Part shown: one piece after another, positions 41,810-56,631 of the stretch | Position numbering within the stretch: position 1 is the stretch's first letter | Layout of the letters: each line of letters opens with the position of its first letter | NCBI RefSeq assembly: GCF_009914755.1 | Contig: NC_060926.1 | Strand: one strand, 5' to 3' | DNA from: the human T2T-CHM13v2.0 reference genome, Homo sapiens | DNA length: 64,000 bases | Made by a program: the position numbers and the translations under genes | The notes under the pieces: generated by a model | What the model was told of the DNA's origin: nothing | Database searches by the model: none | Seen by the model: the letters and a program-made list of their open reading frames with translations, nothing else

Positions 41810-42176
41810 TGTATTAGTCCATTTTCACACTGCTATTAATATAAAGAACTACCCAAGACTAGGTAATTTATAAATGAAAGAGGTGTAATTGACTCACAGT
41901 TCCACATGGCTGGGAAGGCCTCAGGAACCTTACAATCATGGCAGGAGGTGAAGAAGAAGCAAGTACCTTCTTCACAAAGCAGCAGGAAAGAGAGAAGTGC
42001 AAAGGAGGAACTTCCGAACACTTATAAAACCATTGGATCTCATGAGAACTCACTCATTATCATGAGAACAATATGGGGGAAACAGCCCCTAGGATCCAAT
42101 CATCTCCCTCCCTCAACAAGCAGGGATTACAATTCGAGATGAGATTTGGGTGGGGACCCAGAGCCAAACCATATCA
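41810..42176 (-). mobile_element. MSTA/THE1D-like solo LTR
   Basis: Ends 'tgtattagtcc' and 'ccaaaccatatca'; TSD tttgt/cttgt. Confidence 0.9.
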
Positions 42177-42654
42177 CTTGTGCTGGTGGAGCCTGTAGAA
42201 ATAAAGGAGTGATTGTGTTTGTGTTTCAGATGAAATGAGAGTGGCTGTTATCCTGGATAACTATCGGTTGGCTAATTGGCTGGATCCCTCACTGGATTAT
42301 AAGGAACACTGTCATGAAACCAGGGGCCTTGTCATGATCATCATGTAGAATCGTACTAGGAAACTAATTCAAACTCAATAAACATTTGTTGAATAAATAC
42401 AAGAATGAACAGCACACAGCAGCTGCAGGAGGACAGGGAATGCTTTGGATTTGAGAGCTGGGCTGATAACAGACATTTATGGACAGTAGCAATAGGACCC
42501 TTTTTGCTGTTTATCCATCAACCCTCAAATCCCAAGTAGAGTACTGGACTTCCCACAGTTAATGGGGAAGGAGCTCAAGCAGTTCCATTTGGACATGAAC
42601 AGAAAAGGCCCCCAAAAGACCACATAACTCAGGGGCAATCAGTTTCCATCATTT

Positions 42655-43680
42655 TTTTATAGTTATCTTTCATATTAGATTTTTTCAGGTAAAATTTACA
42701 TATAGTAAGTGAAAGGCAAATATCCTAAGTGTACTTGATGCGTTTTGACAGTATTCTCTCATGTTACCAACATATAAACAAAATATAGAACATTTCCATC
42801 ACCCAAGTAAGTTCCCTTTGTGCCCCTCTTCCAGTCAATGCCCAACACCTTTCTCACAAACAACACGTTTTCTTATGTCATTCACCATAGATTCATTTAA
42901 CCTGTCACAAATGTCATATAAATAAAGTCAATAGCGCACACTTTTTGTTTGGCTTCTTTTGTGCAACGAATGTTTTTGAGATGCTTTCATGTTGATATAT
43001 GAATTCGTGTTTTATCTGTCTTTATTGCTGAGAAGTGCAGTTGTTGATGGATATTTGGGTATTTGCTTTTGTCCATTATGAATAACTTCTGTAAACATTC
43101 TTGTACAAGTCTTTTGTTTAAATATATTTTCACTACTCTTGAGTAAACACAGATAAATGGATTCGTATTATACATATTTAAATTCATAAGAATCTACCAA
43201 ATGGTTTTGCAAAGTGGTTATAGCATTTTACGCTTCCATTGGTCATAGATGACGGTTCTAGTTGCTCCGCACCTTTGTCAACATTTGGGTCTGTCAGTCT
43301 TTATAATTTTAAGTTTTTTATACACCTTGACTTTACTGACAAGCCTTTAAATTTTAGAGATTCTAGTGTGTATGAAGTCATATCTCATTGTGGTTTGAAT
43401 TTGTATTTTCCTAATGTCTAATGATGTTTAGCACATTTTCATGAGCTTATTGGCTATTCCTATATCTTCTGTTGAGAAGCTTCAATTAAAGCCATTTGCC
43501 CATGTTTGATAGAATTGTTTTTTCTGTTAATTTTTAGCAATTCTTATATGCGCTTGTATCTTTTGGTAGATATATATATATATTGCAAATATTTTTCCCA
43601 GTTGGTGGCTTGCCTTTTTCTATTCTCAATGGTGTTGATTGACAGGAGCTTTAAATTTTGCTGCAGTTCATCTTACCTCA
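42655..43680 (-). mobile_element. Old L1M 3' region
   Basis: 'atatagaacatttccatcaccc', 'tatctcattgtggtttgaatttgtattttcctaat'. Confidence 0.75.
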
Positions 43681-43834
43681 AAGTCTTTTTTCGCATCCCC
43701 TCTCTTTCTGCAGATTCTGGATCTTTTGGAATGCCTCTCCCAGGACTTAGCAAAACAAAACAAATATACACGTGCCCTTCTCCCAAGGAAAACAGCCTTT
43801 TACTTCAGTGTGCAGAGTAGCTCTAGCTCTATGT

Positions 43835-44580
43835 TAGTTCATTCCACAAAAACTAATTGAGCACCTATTATATGATGTGCTGGGCCCCATTGTGGGTGCT
43901 GCCGAAGTAGCTGTGAAGAAGACAATCAAGGTCTCTGTTCTCAGTTCATTCAAGGCGTTGAAACACGTGATAAACAAGTAAGAGATATAGCTGGTTGCGA
44001 TACATAGAGAATTATTTTAAGAGAGGGTGATAGAGTAATTTAAGGGCTACTCTGAATTAGATTGGCAAGAAAGACCTTTTGGAGGAGGGATATTTGAGCC
44101 AAGAGCTCAGTAACAAATAGAAGCCAGCTATGCAAAGATCACCACCTTTGCTGGTGCAAAGGCCCTGGGCTGGGAGCAGCCTGGCATGTGAAGGATGAGT
44201 ATAGGAAACTGGAATCAGGGCCTAGACCACACGAAGCCTCCCAAGCTGTGGTGGTGAGTGATTGGATTTTATTTCCATCTCAACTGAAAGCCACTGAGTA
44301 GTTTTCAGTAGGGGAGGGTAACCTGTTCTGATTTTCATTTTGAAGGGACCACGCTAACTGATATCTGGCAGTGAATTGAGTGGGGCTACAGTGGGAAAGC
44401 AAGTCCTTCAGAGGAAAGATGTTGGCAGTTTCAACTAGGGTGGTCATGGAAGGGGTAGGTAGAAGTAGATGGATTTGGTGCACATTTTAGATGGTAGATG
44501 GTATGGGACTTACTAACAGTTTGGACGTGGGATGAAACGAGTGGGAATAAGTGTCTAAATTTTTCTTAGTGCTTAGATTA
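43835..44580 (-). mobile_element. L2 fragment
   Basis: 'ttgagcacctattatatg...agccactgagtagttttcagtagggg'. Confidence 0.7.
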
Positions 44581-45486
44581 AGGGAGCCACTTCCCTCTCC
44601 CACCAGCAGTCAGAAATGAAAGATACAATGGGAGATTTACATCCCCATTTCCAACCAAAACTTAAAAACGACTGCTATACACTAAAAAGTGATAGCCACA
44701 ATTTTCTTCCAAGTGAGGAGGCCCTGGTCTGCTGGAAGGTCTTCGCTTTGCTCTTACACACCCTGATCTGCATTCTCACATGAAATACAAGAGCTCATCA
44801 CTGAAGGAATGAGCTGAAGCCATGCAGAGTCTCAGTGGCTACACTGAGCTTGGCACTGAGGTGGGGAGACTCACTAAATGCATGTACAAACCACAGTGGT
44901 CAGTCAATGTTTCCTCCCCATCTTTCTAGATTTTCAGCAACACAGAAGCGATAGATACAGTTGACTTTAGTTGCTTTTAGAAAGGATGGCATTTCGGCAT
45001 TTGGAATCAATTATTCCAATATTAAACTCCTGGTACCTCCACATAGTTAGATAACTTTGATAGGGATTGAGTTGTCCTACTTGGTGCAGAAGATTGAAAA
45101 AGTATTCCCTGCACAAATTAAGGTATTAATGAATCTTTAAGAGAAAGGATCACCCTTCCTATGGTTGAAAAAGCAAGCAATTACAAACAAATAGCTTTTG
45201 AAGTCCTTTATAATTGCTAACAGATATCTAATTTATTCATGACATTAGAATGAATTTCATAAGAAGCTATGTGGAACATTTCCTTCAGCTTGGTTCAGTT
45301 ATGTGTACTTGTACGGAGGGTCAAGGACATTTTTACAGTAAAAAGGACTTGAGAAATGGGGGGACTCCCTGTCATCATGTGCTCAGGACAGCTCCCGTTT
45401 GCCACTGTTTTCCAGGCATCCTCTCCGCATCCCATCCTCATTTGATCTCGTAAGTGTAATCATTTTACAGTTACAAAATGTGAGGT

Positions 45487-45890
45487 GACCAATAACTCTG
45501 ACCGTGAGGAAAGTATCAGACAAACCCCAATTGAGGGACATCCTATAAGAAGCCTGACCAGTCGTCCTCAAAACTTTCAAGGTCACCAAAGACAAGAAAA
45601 GTCTGAGAAAGTGTCACAGACAAGAGGAGCCTAAAAAGACCATGATAACTAAAAGTAATGTGGTATCTGGGATGGGATCCTGAGACAGAAAAAGATCATT
45701 ATGAAAAAATTAGGAAATCTGAATTAAGTGGATTTGAGTTAATAATCATGCACCAATATTCATTCACTAATGAGAGAGTATACTGATGTAAAATGTCAGT
45801 AATAGGGGAAACCAGATGTGAATTACTAACAGTAGTATTTTCTCCATTTTTCTATAAATCTAAAACTCTTGTAAAAAGAACTTGACAAAA
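45487..45890 (+). mobile_element. L1MC-type 3' end inserted into a MIR
   Basis: 'tcagacaaaccccaattgagggacatcct...gatgggatcctg'; flanking aaaa(t/a)gtgaggt repeat. Confidence 0.75.
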
Positions 45891-46624
45891 AAAGTGAGGT
45901 ACAGAAGGGTGAAGTCTCAACAATCCAGAGATAATCCAAAGTTTATAAACTCGGTCTCCAAATTTGTTTCCAGGTAATTTTCTATCATACTACATAATCT
46001 GTCATGACATATGGTCCCATATATTGAAATATAATAAAACTATACTCTTTCAGAAGTATTCTATAATTTAGAGCTTTCAAGAGCTTGGTGATATTTCACT
46101 TTTTAAATAATAAAACCACTCAAGTTTAACAATTTTGGTTCATATGATTTCATTTCATTAAATTATCATACGATTATTTACAAAAGCAACACTTTCAAGT
46201 AGCCTATTTTAAGATTCTTGCTTCTCCCTCAACCCCAAATTCAGGATATGGACACTCCCAGTTTTAAGAGTTCTATGTGAAAATAAACACAAGCCATAGA
46301 ATGTGTGTGTCCAAAGAGCATCTGTGTGCTTCTGACATAAACCCATATTTGAGATTATTTTACTTCACTTTGACAATCAGGCAAGCTGAATTTAATTGAT
46401 TATGTCTTAAATAATTCCTAGTTCAAGGTGAGAAGAGATAAGGATCCTTATTTCAGATTGGAAGTCCCTGGTCAGGGATAGAGTTTAATCTTCCATCTGT
46501 AGAATATTTTCATAACTTTCAATCTAAAAATTCATACCATCAAAGATACAGACAACATACGGATGTCAGCTAGCCCTTCCCTTAGGAGGTGCTCAGTAAA
46601 TACCTGCTGAATCGAAATAAATAA

Positions 46625-46978
<354 letters not shown>

Positions 46979-47357
46979 TAGAAAGGAGGCGAATGGGGTA
47001 TCTGAAGTTCTAACTTCTACAGAAATTGAGATTCAAATATACAGGTTCAACCTCAGACCCAGCACCACCCTGACAATCATAGCAAATATCTCAACACTCC
47101 TCTTCATAATTCTCAGGTCCTTTTCATACATATTCTGCCTGGGGAACTGAATATGAGACTCTGATTGATATCATGACATTCTGTTCTTGACCCTGTGATG
47201 ATTTCTCACTGTACTGCATGGCTGCAGTGCCGCCTCAAGGGTGCTAGGCTAGTTGAGATGGGGCAGAGCATCTGCCATGGGGTCCTGGTCTCAGATTGAG
47301 CTTTAATCTGCTGCTAGTCTGTGGGCTCACATGGGCTGTTAAGAAATACTAGGGTCT

Positions 47358-48152
<795 letters not shown>

Positions 48153-48279
48153 CTAGAGCTCAACCCTGTGGGAAAGGACAGAGTCAGGTGTCAGAGATGT
48201 GTGTTCTAACTTCTCCAGGTTGTCTTACTGGGCAGCAAGGCCGTTTTGAGGTTTAAATGAGAAACACATATAAAGGTAC

Positions 48280-48652
48280 TAATATGCTTAGGCTTTGTAT
48301 CACCACCCAAATGTCATCTTGAATTGTAATCCTCATAATCTCCACATGTCAAGGGAGAGACCCGGGACCCGGTGGAGGTAATTGAATCGTAGTGGTGTTT
48401 TCTCCCCTGCTGTTCTGGTGATAGTGAGTTCTCACGAGAGCTGATGGTTTTCTAAGGGACTCTTCCCCTTTGCTCAGCACTTCTCCTTCCTGCTGTCTCA
48501 TGAAGAAGGGGCCCTTTGCCTTCTGCCATGATTGTAAGTTTCCTGAGGCCTCCCCAGCCATGCTAAACTGTGAGTCAATTAAACCTCTTTCCTTTATAAA
48601 TTACCTAGTCTCGGGCAGTTCTTTATAGGAGTGTGAAAACGGACTAATAACA
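48280..48652 (+). mobile_element. THE1D-like solo LTR
   Basis: 'taggctttgt...cccaaatgtcatcttgaattgtaatc...ggactaataaca'. Confidence 0.9.
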
Positions 48653-49149
48653 GTACCTTAAAATCTGAGGATTCCAAAGCCCTTTAAATGAACCTACTGG
48701 AAATAGGTTGCCTTCTAGCAAGCATCATCCTTTATGCTTTGGAGCTAAGCATGTGCCAGAAATCGCTTCTGTGGATGGGGGTCCTGTCCTTGCAAGCACC
48801 GGCCCATGTGCCTTGGTTAGGCTTGAAGACTCAGAGGCCATGGTTAGCTGCCTTCTGGAAATCCACCCCTTGATGCTCAGGTTCTGCGCCTGGCCGGTGG
48901 CAGCATCCCATTAGCCCTGAGGGCAGTGGATCTGTGGCTGTATACTGCTGGTTGTCTCCAACCAGGGCCTTCTCCTGAAGCCTTCTGAAGGACCTGCTGA
49001 TAGTTAATCACTCATCATCCACTCCATTCTGATCACATACTAAGCATGTATTGTGGATAGTCTCTCTATATATGTGGCTCTCTTCTGTAGTGGCATAAAG
49101 GTAGGTTTGGATGCTCCCTGAGGGGAGGGGCTGCCTCTCCTCTGACTTT

Positions 49150-49505
49150 GCATCTCCAGTGTGTTCCTTGGGGTTGGCGTAGCCCACTAGAAGCTCTATT
49201 CTTGTTCAATTACAGGTTCAGGTTAGGCAATCCTTCAAGGGCCCAGGATGAAGAAGTTTCTATCATCCTCAACACATGGTTTCCAAAGCTACCATGGCTG
49301 GTTCCATTCCGGCCAATGGAAATGGAGAAGGAGCATGCAGGAGTGCACTGAGGAAGATGTTAGGAAGAAACACCCTTGTCTTCACATTCCGTTGGCTGGA
49401 ACCCAGGCACCTGGCCATGCACCCTGCAAGGGAGGCTGGGAAAGGAGGTCTGTCGGTGTCCTCAGGGAGAAGAGAAATGAGCTTGGGCTAAGAGCCACTT
49501 GCCAG
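49150..49505 (-). mobile_element. Old MLT1 LTR fragment
   Basis: 'cttcacattccgttggctggaacc...ctgcaagggaggctgggaaa'. Confidence 0.55.
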
Positions 49506-50860
49506 ATAACAGCTATTTGTCCAGCAGACAAACAGGAGTGAGTGCTCAACAAATATGAATAGGAGTGAGTGCTCAATATCTTTGCTGGACAAATGGGTCT
49601 ATTTAAAAATTTAGGAATTGTACGTAGCAATGGGCAGCACCCACACAAATATGGCCTTCAGAGAATCTTTCAAAAAGTAGTTTTTTTTTGGTCCACAGTT
49701 TCTATGGATTTCATTAGGCACCAAATGACTTTATTTAAACGCTGATTGTGTTGTCACTGTGTCCCGGGCAATGAGATCTCACTGAATGACACCAGGTTCC
49801 TTCCTTCAAGGCTCTACAGCTATGGACCCCAGAGGATCAGTTGTTTTAATACTAAAGCAGCTGCATTTGCACAGGAGGGTCAGATACTATAATCTTCATA
49901 CCCAGAGTTACATTCTCCTCAATGGATTTATCTAAAATCCTTTCAACACAGAACCATGTGTTGAAACCCTTGATGGAATATTAATCAAACATTTTTTCCC
50001 GAGTTCTGAAGCCCTGATTGAAAGTGCATCTGTGTAAGTAGGCTTTTCGGAAAATTACATACCTTACATTGAAGCAAGCAATCAAGTCTTCCCCACCCCT
50101 TCACAATGGAAAAGCAGTGGATATGTAAGAAGACAGCTTAGCCAAATGAAAAAGAGAATAATTTTATTCTAATGAGAATGTGGAGCTGGATCAATTATAG
50201 ATAAGCATGCAAACTTACTGAAGTTTTCTTTTTTTCTGTTTTGATGAATAGTTACATGAAAATATCCTAAAGCCTTCTTGCTGCCTGTGGAGGGTCAGAA
50301 ATGGCTCTTGGTGTATTTGAATGTAATGATGAGTATATCTTACAATATCAGTTTCCACTTTAAAAAGGGAGATCTATTCTCAGGATCAGCGAAGACATGA
50401 AATCTGAGAGAGATGAGGAGAAGCAATGTTTGGAGGTGGAGCAGGCTGGCATCAGGGCCTGTGGAGGATGGCATCACCCAGCACACCACCTCTGCACAGG
50501 CACTTCTTCAGGTTAGCAACAGGAAGCTTAATTTAGCCAAGAACCTGAAGGATCATGGAAAAGAATTCTGGAGCCTCTGCTACTCTTATGCAGCTTTGTT
50601 AAGGGTAATGCTGATTTGCATTTCCACCTCTCTTCAGCATGCATCTCAGCACACACAGCTGCCCATCTTGTTAGTCAGCTGTAGGAACTGACGTACTACT
50701 TTCTTCTATTAATGTTGCCTAATGTAAGACATCACAGACTGGGCATATACCTAAAGTCCTTGGATCTACTGCTCACTGGAATTGAGTTCTCTTTTTCTTT
50801 TTAATCTTTTAATCCAAGAAACCAGTTCAATTTTGTTCAAGGATTATAAAGTATCATCCC

Positions 50861-51070
50861 GGCCAGGCGCAGTGGCTCATGCCTGTAATCCCAGCACTTT
50901 GGGAGGCCGAGGTAGGCAGATCACCTGAGGTCAGGAATTCAAGGCCAGCCTGGCCAACATGGCAAAACCCTGTCTCTACTAAAAAATATAAAAATTAGCC
51001 AGGCGTGGTGGTGGGCACCTGTAGTCCCAGCTATTTAGGAAGCTGAGGCAGGGAGAATTGCTTGAACCCA
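50861..51070 (+). mobile_element. 3'-truncated Alu with no A tail, flanked by a 9-bp direct repeat
   Basis: TATCATCCC at 50852-50860 and 51071-51079. Confidence 0.92.
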
Positions 51071-51445
51071 TATCATCCCCACTTTTCATAATGAGGTCCC
51101 TTCCTTGTCTGGAGGTCAGGGACAGGGAGGGAACAGGTATTTTGTGGATGGACTGCATAATATTCTAGCATCTGAGATACGTGCAGGTCAGAGTTGAGCA
51201 CGAAGCCAAATACAATAAACTGGGAAGAGATCAGGAAGTGCACTGATCAAACTCAAGTGGTCAGAACCATATAGCAGAAGTTTGGGTGCAGAGTTACAAC
51301 ACAAATTATAAACTAAAGAGATGAACACGGAACCACTGACAGGGTAAGAATGAACTGAGAGTTGCAATTACCTGAGGCAGGATTATTTTCCCTGGCAGCT
51401 TTGATTTGCTGAGGATCTTATCACAGGTAGGAGATGCTCAATTTA

Positions 51446-51747
<302 letters not shown>

Positions 51748-52917
51748 AGAGACGCTCAATTTAAATGGTTCGGGATGAGGCAAACAACACCTGCTTACCT
51801 TCTCCCAGGAAATACAGTGGGTGAAGTGAGAGTTACAGCCTAGGTCCAAGCTTAGGTCTTACGAGGTCTCATGATTTTACGTGCCCCTTGTTCCATGAAG
51901 GGAACATACTTTAACTAGCTTCTTGGTCAAGGAGGATGAGAAACATGTGGAGCAGGCCCAGACCCAACTTGTAGCTTACAGCCACCATAGAAAATGACTA
52001 GGGTCCGCTGAGCTATGCTTCCCACCCAACCATGGGAAGCAGAACTCAGCTGACCCCAGCCATTGTCTGTGTTGGCCAGTGGTTTCTTAAACATTTGCAA
52101 GATCCAGGACCAGAGTGTACATGCATGCTCTCATACCTTTGAGACGCATTCTCCACCTTGTACGTGCAGGCATTCGGTACCCAGACTTCTGCTATGTGGT
52201 TCTGGCCACTTGAGTTTGGTAACTGCACTTCCTGATTTCTTCCCAGTTTATTCCACTTGGCCTGTCCCATCAAGGAACACACTTATTTGGGTGGAACACT
52301 TATTTATTTCCATGGGACTGTGTGCTCTTTAAAGGCAGAAGCTATTTAGAGAGCCTGGCATATAGGAAGTCCTGAATAAAAGGTTGTTGAGCGACTGAAT
52401 GATCTGGAGACTTTTTTCTAATTTAAAGAATTTTTTCTTAGCTTGCTGGGAAAAAAACGCTGTACAACATTTCAAATTTCACATTCTCTTAAAAAAGATA
52501 ATAGCAGCATTTTGTGTGTTTTTCCAATACCTTAAGTGTTTAAATATTGATATTAGGTGTTATTATGTTATTTACCAGGGTTTATTTATCCCTTTGTATT
52601 CTTTCCATAGAAGTACCTGAGTCAGAGAGTGAAGTTTTGCACATCAGGAACTCATCATCCCTATTTTTGAACTTTTAGAAACAAATGTAAATCAGTGTTA
52701 GCTATGTTTAGGCAAATCGCACTGCCCATTTCCTACTACTTCGTTTCTTAAAGAGTTATAGTTTTACTTACAGAATTGTGACTAAGGGAGTGTCTCCCTT
52801 TCTTCATCATTTTCAGAAGGAACCAGGTAAATATGATCATGACTTCACTGTCATTGCCATTCAAAGATGATATCAAGGTCAGCAAATCAATGTGAACTAT
52901 TAATTCTACCCCCTCCC

Positions 52918-53225
52918 TTTTTCTTCTTCTTTTTTTTTTGAGACAGGGTCTTGCCCTGTCACTCAGGCTGGAGTGCAGTGGCATGATCTCGGCTTACTGC
53001 ATGCAGCCTTGACCTCCCGAGCTCAAGTGATCCTCCCACCTCAGCCTTCCAAGTAGCTGGGACCACAGGCATGCGCCACTACGTCAGGCTGATTTTTGTA
53101 TTTTTTGTAGAGATGGCATCTCATTGTGTTGTCAGGGCTGGTCTTGAACTCCCAGGCTCAAGTGATCCTCCCACCTCAGCCTCCCAGGGTGCTGGAATTA
53201 CAGGCAGGAGCCACTGCACCAGGCT
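52918..53225 (-). mobile_element. Alu (AluJb-like)
   Basis: 'gagacagggtcttg...gctcaagtgatcctcccacc' in both arms. Confidence 0.9.
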
Positions 53226-53389
53226 GATTCTTACTTTTATATATAAAATTGTACCATTGTTTTATTCTACATCTCTTTGATGAGTGTATAAAGAATGTAA
53301 AACATAAAATTTATATTATTAATTTGAAACACTGTTCCTAAAGAGTAGAATCATTAACAAAATGTGTGCGAACACTTGGCCTGTCTAAA

Positions 53390-53960
53390 GAGGCAAGATT
53401 GAAACACAATACTCAGGGTTGGTAAGGATGCAGGGGAACAAGCGCATTTCACACACTGGAGTACACATTGTTACAGTCCTTCAGAGGATAACTTTGCTAA
53501 TAATAATAACAGTAAAACATTTTTTAAGTATATAAAGCTTGAAAATTTTACTTCTAGAAATTTATCCTAGGTAAGTAAGCATGGATGTGCACAAGGATTT
53601 AGCTGGGTTGGACAAAATCATAAAAAATAAAAAGCAGAAAACATTTCACAGGTAAAGGTTAAGTTACATAAATTATAATAACCCATGTAATGGAGCAAAT
53701 ATCTCATTAAAAATAATTTAAAACATATAATTTCATGAAACACATTCATTGAATACTCAATGGTAAAAAAAAAAAAAGATAGGTTTCCAACAGCAGTGTA
53801 ATCCTATCTTTGAAAGAAAATTATCCCCATCAAAGATGAATAGGACATTCATTAAAACATTAACAGTACTCGCTCTTGGAGGATTCTGAAGGATTTTGAT
53901 TATGCTGGCTTTTCTGAATTTTCTACCAAAAAATGGCATTACTTTTGTGATTCAAGTAAA
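53390..53960 (+). mobile_element. L1ME-type 3' end
   Basis: 'ggttggtaaggatgcagggg...cttctagaaatttatccta'. Confidence 0.65.
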
Positions 53961-54559
53961 TCACACTTAAATAATTTAATGAAAAAATACACACTCATGG
54001 TTGAAGTGGTAGGGCTGGGGGCAAGTAATGGTGCAAGTTCAACTGCAGGTAGGTGACACCCTGGTGACAAGAACTGGCAAGAGGAGACTGTGCATTAGAA
54101 TCGCCTAACGTTTTCAACTTTGAGTCTAAATATGGACGTGTTGTGGTCATTTGAGGTTAAAATGTTGTCAGGGAAAAATGATGCCTAATTTTTGGAGGAG
54201 ACTGTGTGTCTATATGTGAATGTGTGAGTGTGTGTGGGTGTGCCTGCATGCCCCAGAGATGGCATTAATATTTTAATTATGTCAGGGGTTAATTTATTTT
54301 AAATGTATTTCTGCCTTTGGCCCTTCTGGCTAAGCAGCAGCTAATTCATTTTTTAAATGCCAAGACTTAATTCCCCCAGGGGAAGTGATAAGCCTGTTCT
54401 TCAAAGGTGTAAACATCTAACTAGAGATAAAAACCATAGGCTGTTGGAATGTCAAATGCTATAATGATTCAGAGTATATCTAAAAGTATTTGTTTTACAT
54501 TTCAAGTTTAGCTAAAGGATTCACATGTCCCTCCATTTTTCCTGTGATATTTCAAATAT

Positions 54560-55277
54560 TGTCCTACCACCTCCAAAAACAAACAAAAATGTCTACATCC
54601 AAATCCCCAGAACTTGCTAATGCGTTCCCTTATATGAAAAATGGAGGCCAGGTGCGGTAGCTCACGCCTGTAATCCCAGCACTTTGAGAGGCCGAGGTAG
54701 GCGAATCACGAGCTCAGGAGATCGAGACCATCCTGGCTAACACGGTGAAACCCCAACTCTACTAAAAATACAAAAAATTAGCTGGGCATGGTGACATGCA
54801 TCTGTAGTCCCAGCTACTCGGGAGCCTAAGACAGGAGAATCACATGAACCCAGGAGGCAGCCTGGGCAACAGAGCAAGACTCTGTCTTAAAAAAAAAAAA
54901 AAAAAAAAAAAAAAGAAAAGAAAAATGGGACTATGTAGATGTGATTATTGATATCCAAGGAGTAAGGAACCCCCAAAATATTCCTCAGAGGAAGAGAAAA
55001 AGTGGAACTTACTTGCTGTCAATCTTTCAAACTCAGAGAAAAGAGCTTGACTGTGCTTGGGGACAATAACTAGAGCAGAGGCTGCCCATGCAGTTATGGA
55101 AGGAACAGGAGAGTCAGAGGGAGGTGTGGCTATCAAAGAAGGATCAACGAGCTGCAACTTGGATGGCTTAGAAGACGGAAGAAGGGGCCACAAGCCAAGG
55201 AACACGGGTGAACTCTAGGAGCTGAAAAAGGCAAGGAAACAAATTCTTTCCTAGAGCTTCCAGAAGGAATACAGCAG
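54560..55277 (+). mobile_element. MLT1D-like LTR, disrupted by an Alu and by foreign sequence; 3' end missing
   Basis: 'atgtctacatccaaatccccagaac', 'gggactatgtagatgtgatt', 'gaagacggaagaaggggccacaagccaaggaa...ctagagcttccagaaggaa'. Confidence 0.8.
54646..54919 (+). mobile_element. AluY/Sc-like element with a deletion of about 40 bp in the right arm
   Basis: Junction 'ccaggaggcag|cctgggcaac'; TSD GAAAAATGG. Confidence 0.92.
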
Positions 55278-56009
55278 GATATGCAGTTCCCCAGGGTTCC
55301 CTCTCCACACTGGCATGGGACCTTGTGTTCACTACGGAACCTTCCCTACCTTCCTCCCTCCCTTTCCACCCCATCCTATGTACTGATCCAGCAGAGTCCT
55401 TCAACTCACGCTTAACTATTGCAAATTCAGTTATGGCCCTTTCCATGGCAGTATCAACATGGGCAGGTGAAGCATTTACACTCCTGTGGCCCTTGCCTGG
55501 GTTGGTGGCATGCACCTGCCTGAGACCTTCCATAACTGCACGGGCAGCCCCTGCTGTAGTTAATGTCCCCAAGCACAGTCAAGCTGTGGGTCTGAGAGTT
55601 TATGTTGGGGTCATTCTCTATAAACAATAACTTGTTAAATGATAGAATTCTTGGGTTACAATAATTTTTTCTCAAAAGTGTAGAGACTATTTATTGATTT
55701 TTAGCACTTCGTGCTGCAGAAGTTAATTTGATACTAACCTGATAATGTGTTCTCCTTTTGAAGCAACCTTTAAAATGTTTTTTTAGGACCTAGAAAAAAA
55801 TTTTCTTTATCCTTAAAAACTTTATCATTGACTATAAATCTCTTTTCACTCAACTTTTCTTAGCATTGTGGGCCTTTCAATATGAAGACTTCTGTGTTCA
55901 GCTAACGGAAATTTCATTGTGTCATTCATGTGATTATTGCATGTACTCTTTGTGCAACATTTTATGTTTTTGATAATTTTTCTTATATTTACAGCTGGCC
56001 TCTGGGCTC

Positions 56010-56431
56010 TGCCTTGGTTTGAACGTTTGTCCCCTCCAAAACTATGTTGAAACTAATCCCTAATGCAGCAGTATTGAGAGGTAGGGTCTCTAACAGGTGA
56101 TTGGGTAATGGGGGTTCTGCCTTGATGAATGGGTTAATTCACCCATGAATTTGTGGATTAACAAGTTAACGGATTAATGGCTTGTCATGGGAGTGGTACT
56201 GGTAGCTTTATAAGAAGGGGAAGAGAGGCCTGAGCTAGCACCCTCAGGCTCCTAACTGTATGATGCCCCGTGCTACCTCAGGACTCTGCAGAGAGTTCCT
56301 TTCTGCAAGAAGGCCCTTACCCTTGACCTTGGACTTCTCAGCCTCCATGACTGTAAGAAATAAATTCCTTTCTTCATAAATTACCTAGTTTCAGGTATTC
56401 TGTTATAAGCAACAGAAAATGGACTAAGACA
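56010..56431 (+). mobile_element. MSTC-like solo LTR
   Basis: 'ggtttgaacgtttgtcccctccaaaact...aatggactaagaca'. Confidence 0.88.
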
Positions 56432-56631
56432 TCTTTATTGTCTAACTTTCATGAATTTTCAGTGAGCTTCTCAAATACAGTATTTTATTACAATTTTTTA
56501 ATGCAATGACTTTCCCGTAATTCCCAGGACAAAATGAAACAAGATATCACAGGAATGAAAAGTACACTGAGACTGCAACTCATAAGTCCACCAGTATGCG
56601 TATCATAATCTAAGAGATACTTGAGAATTCC

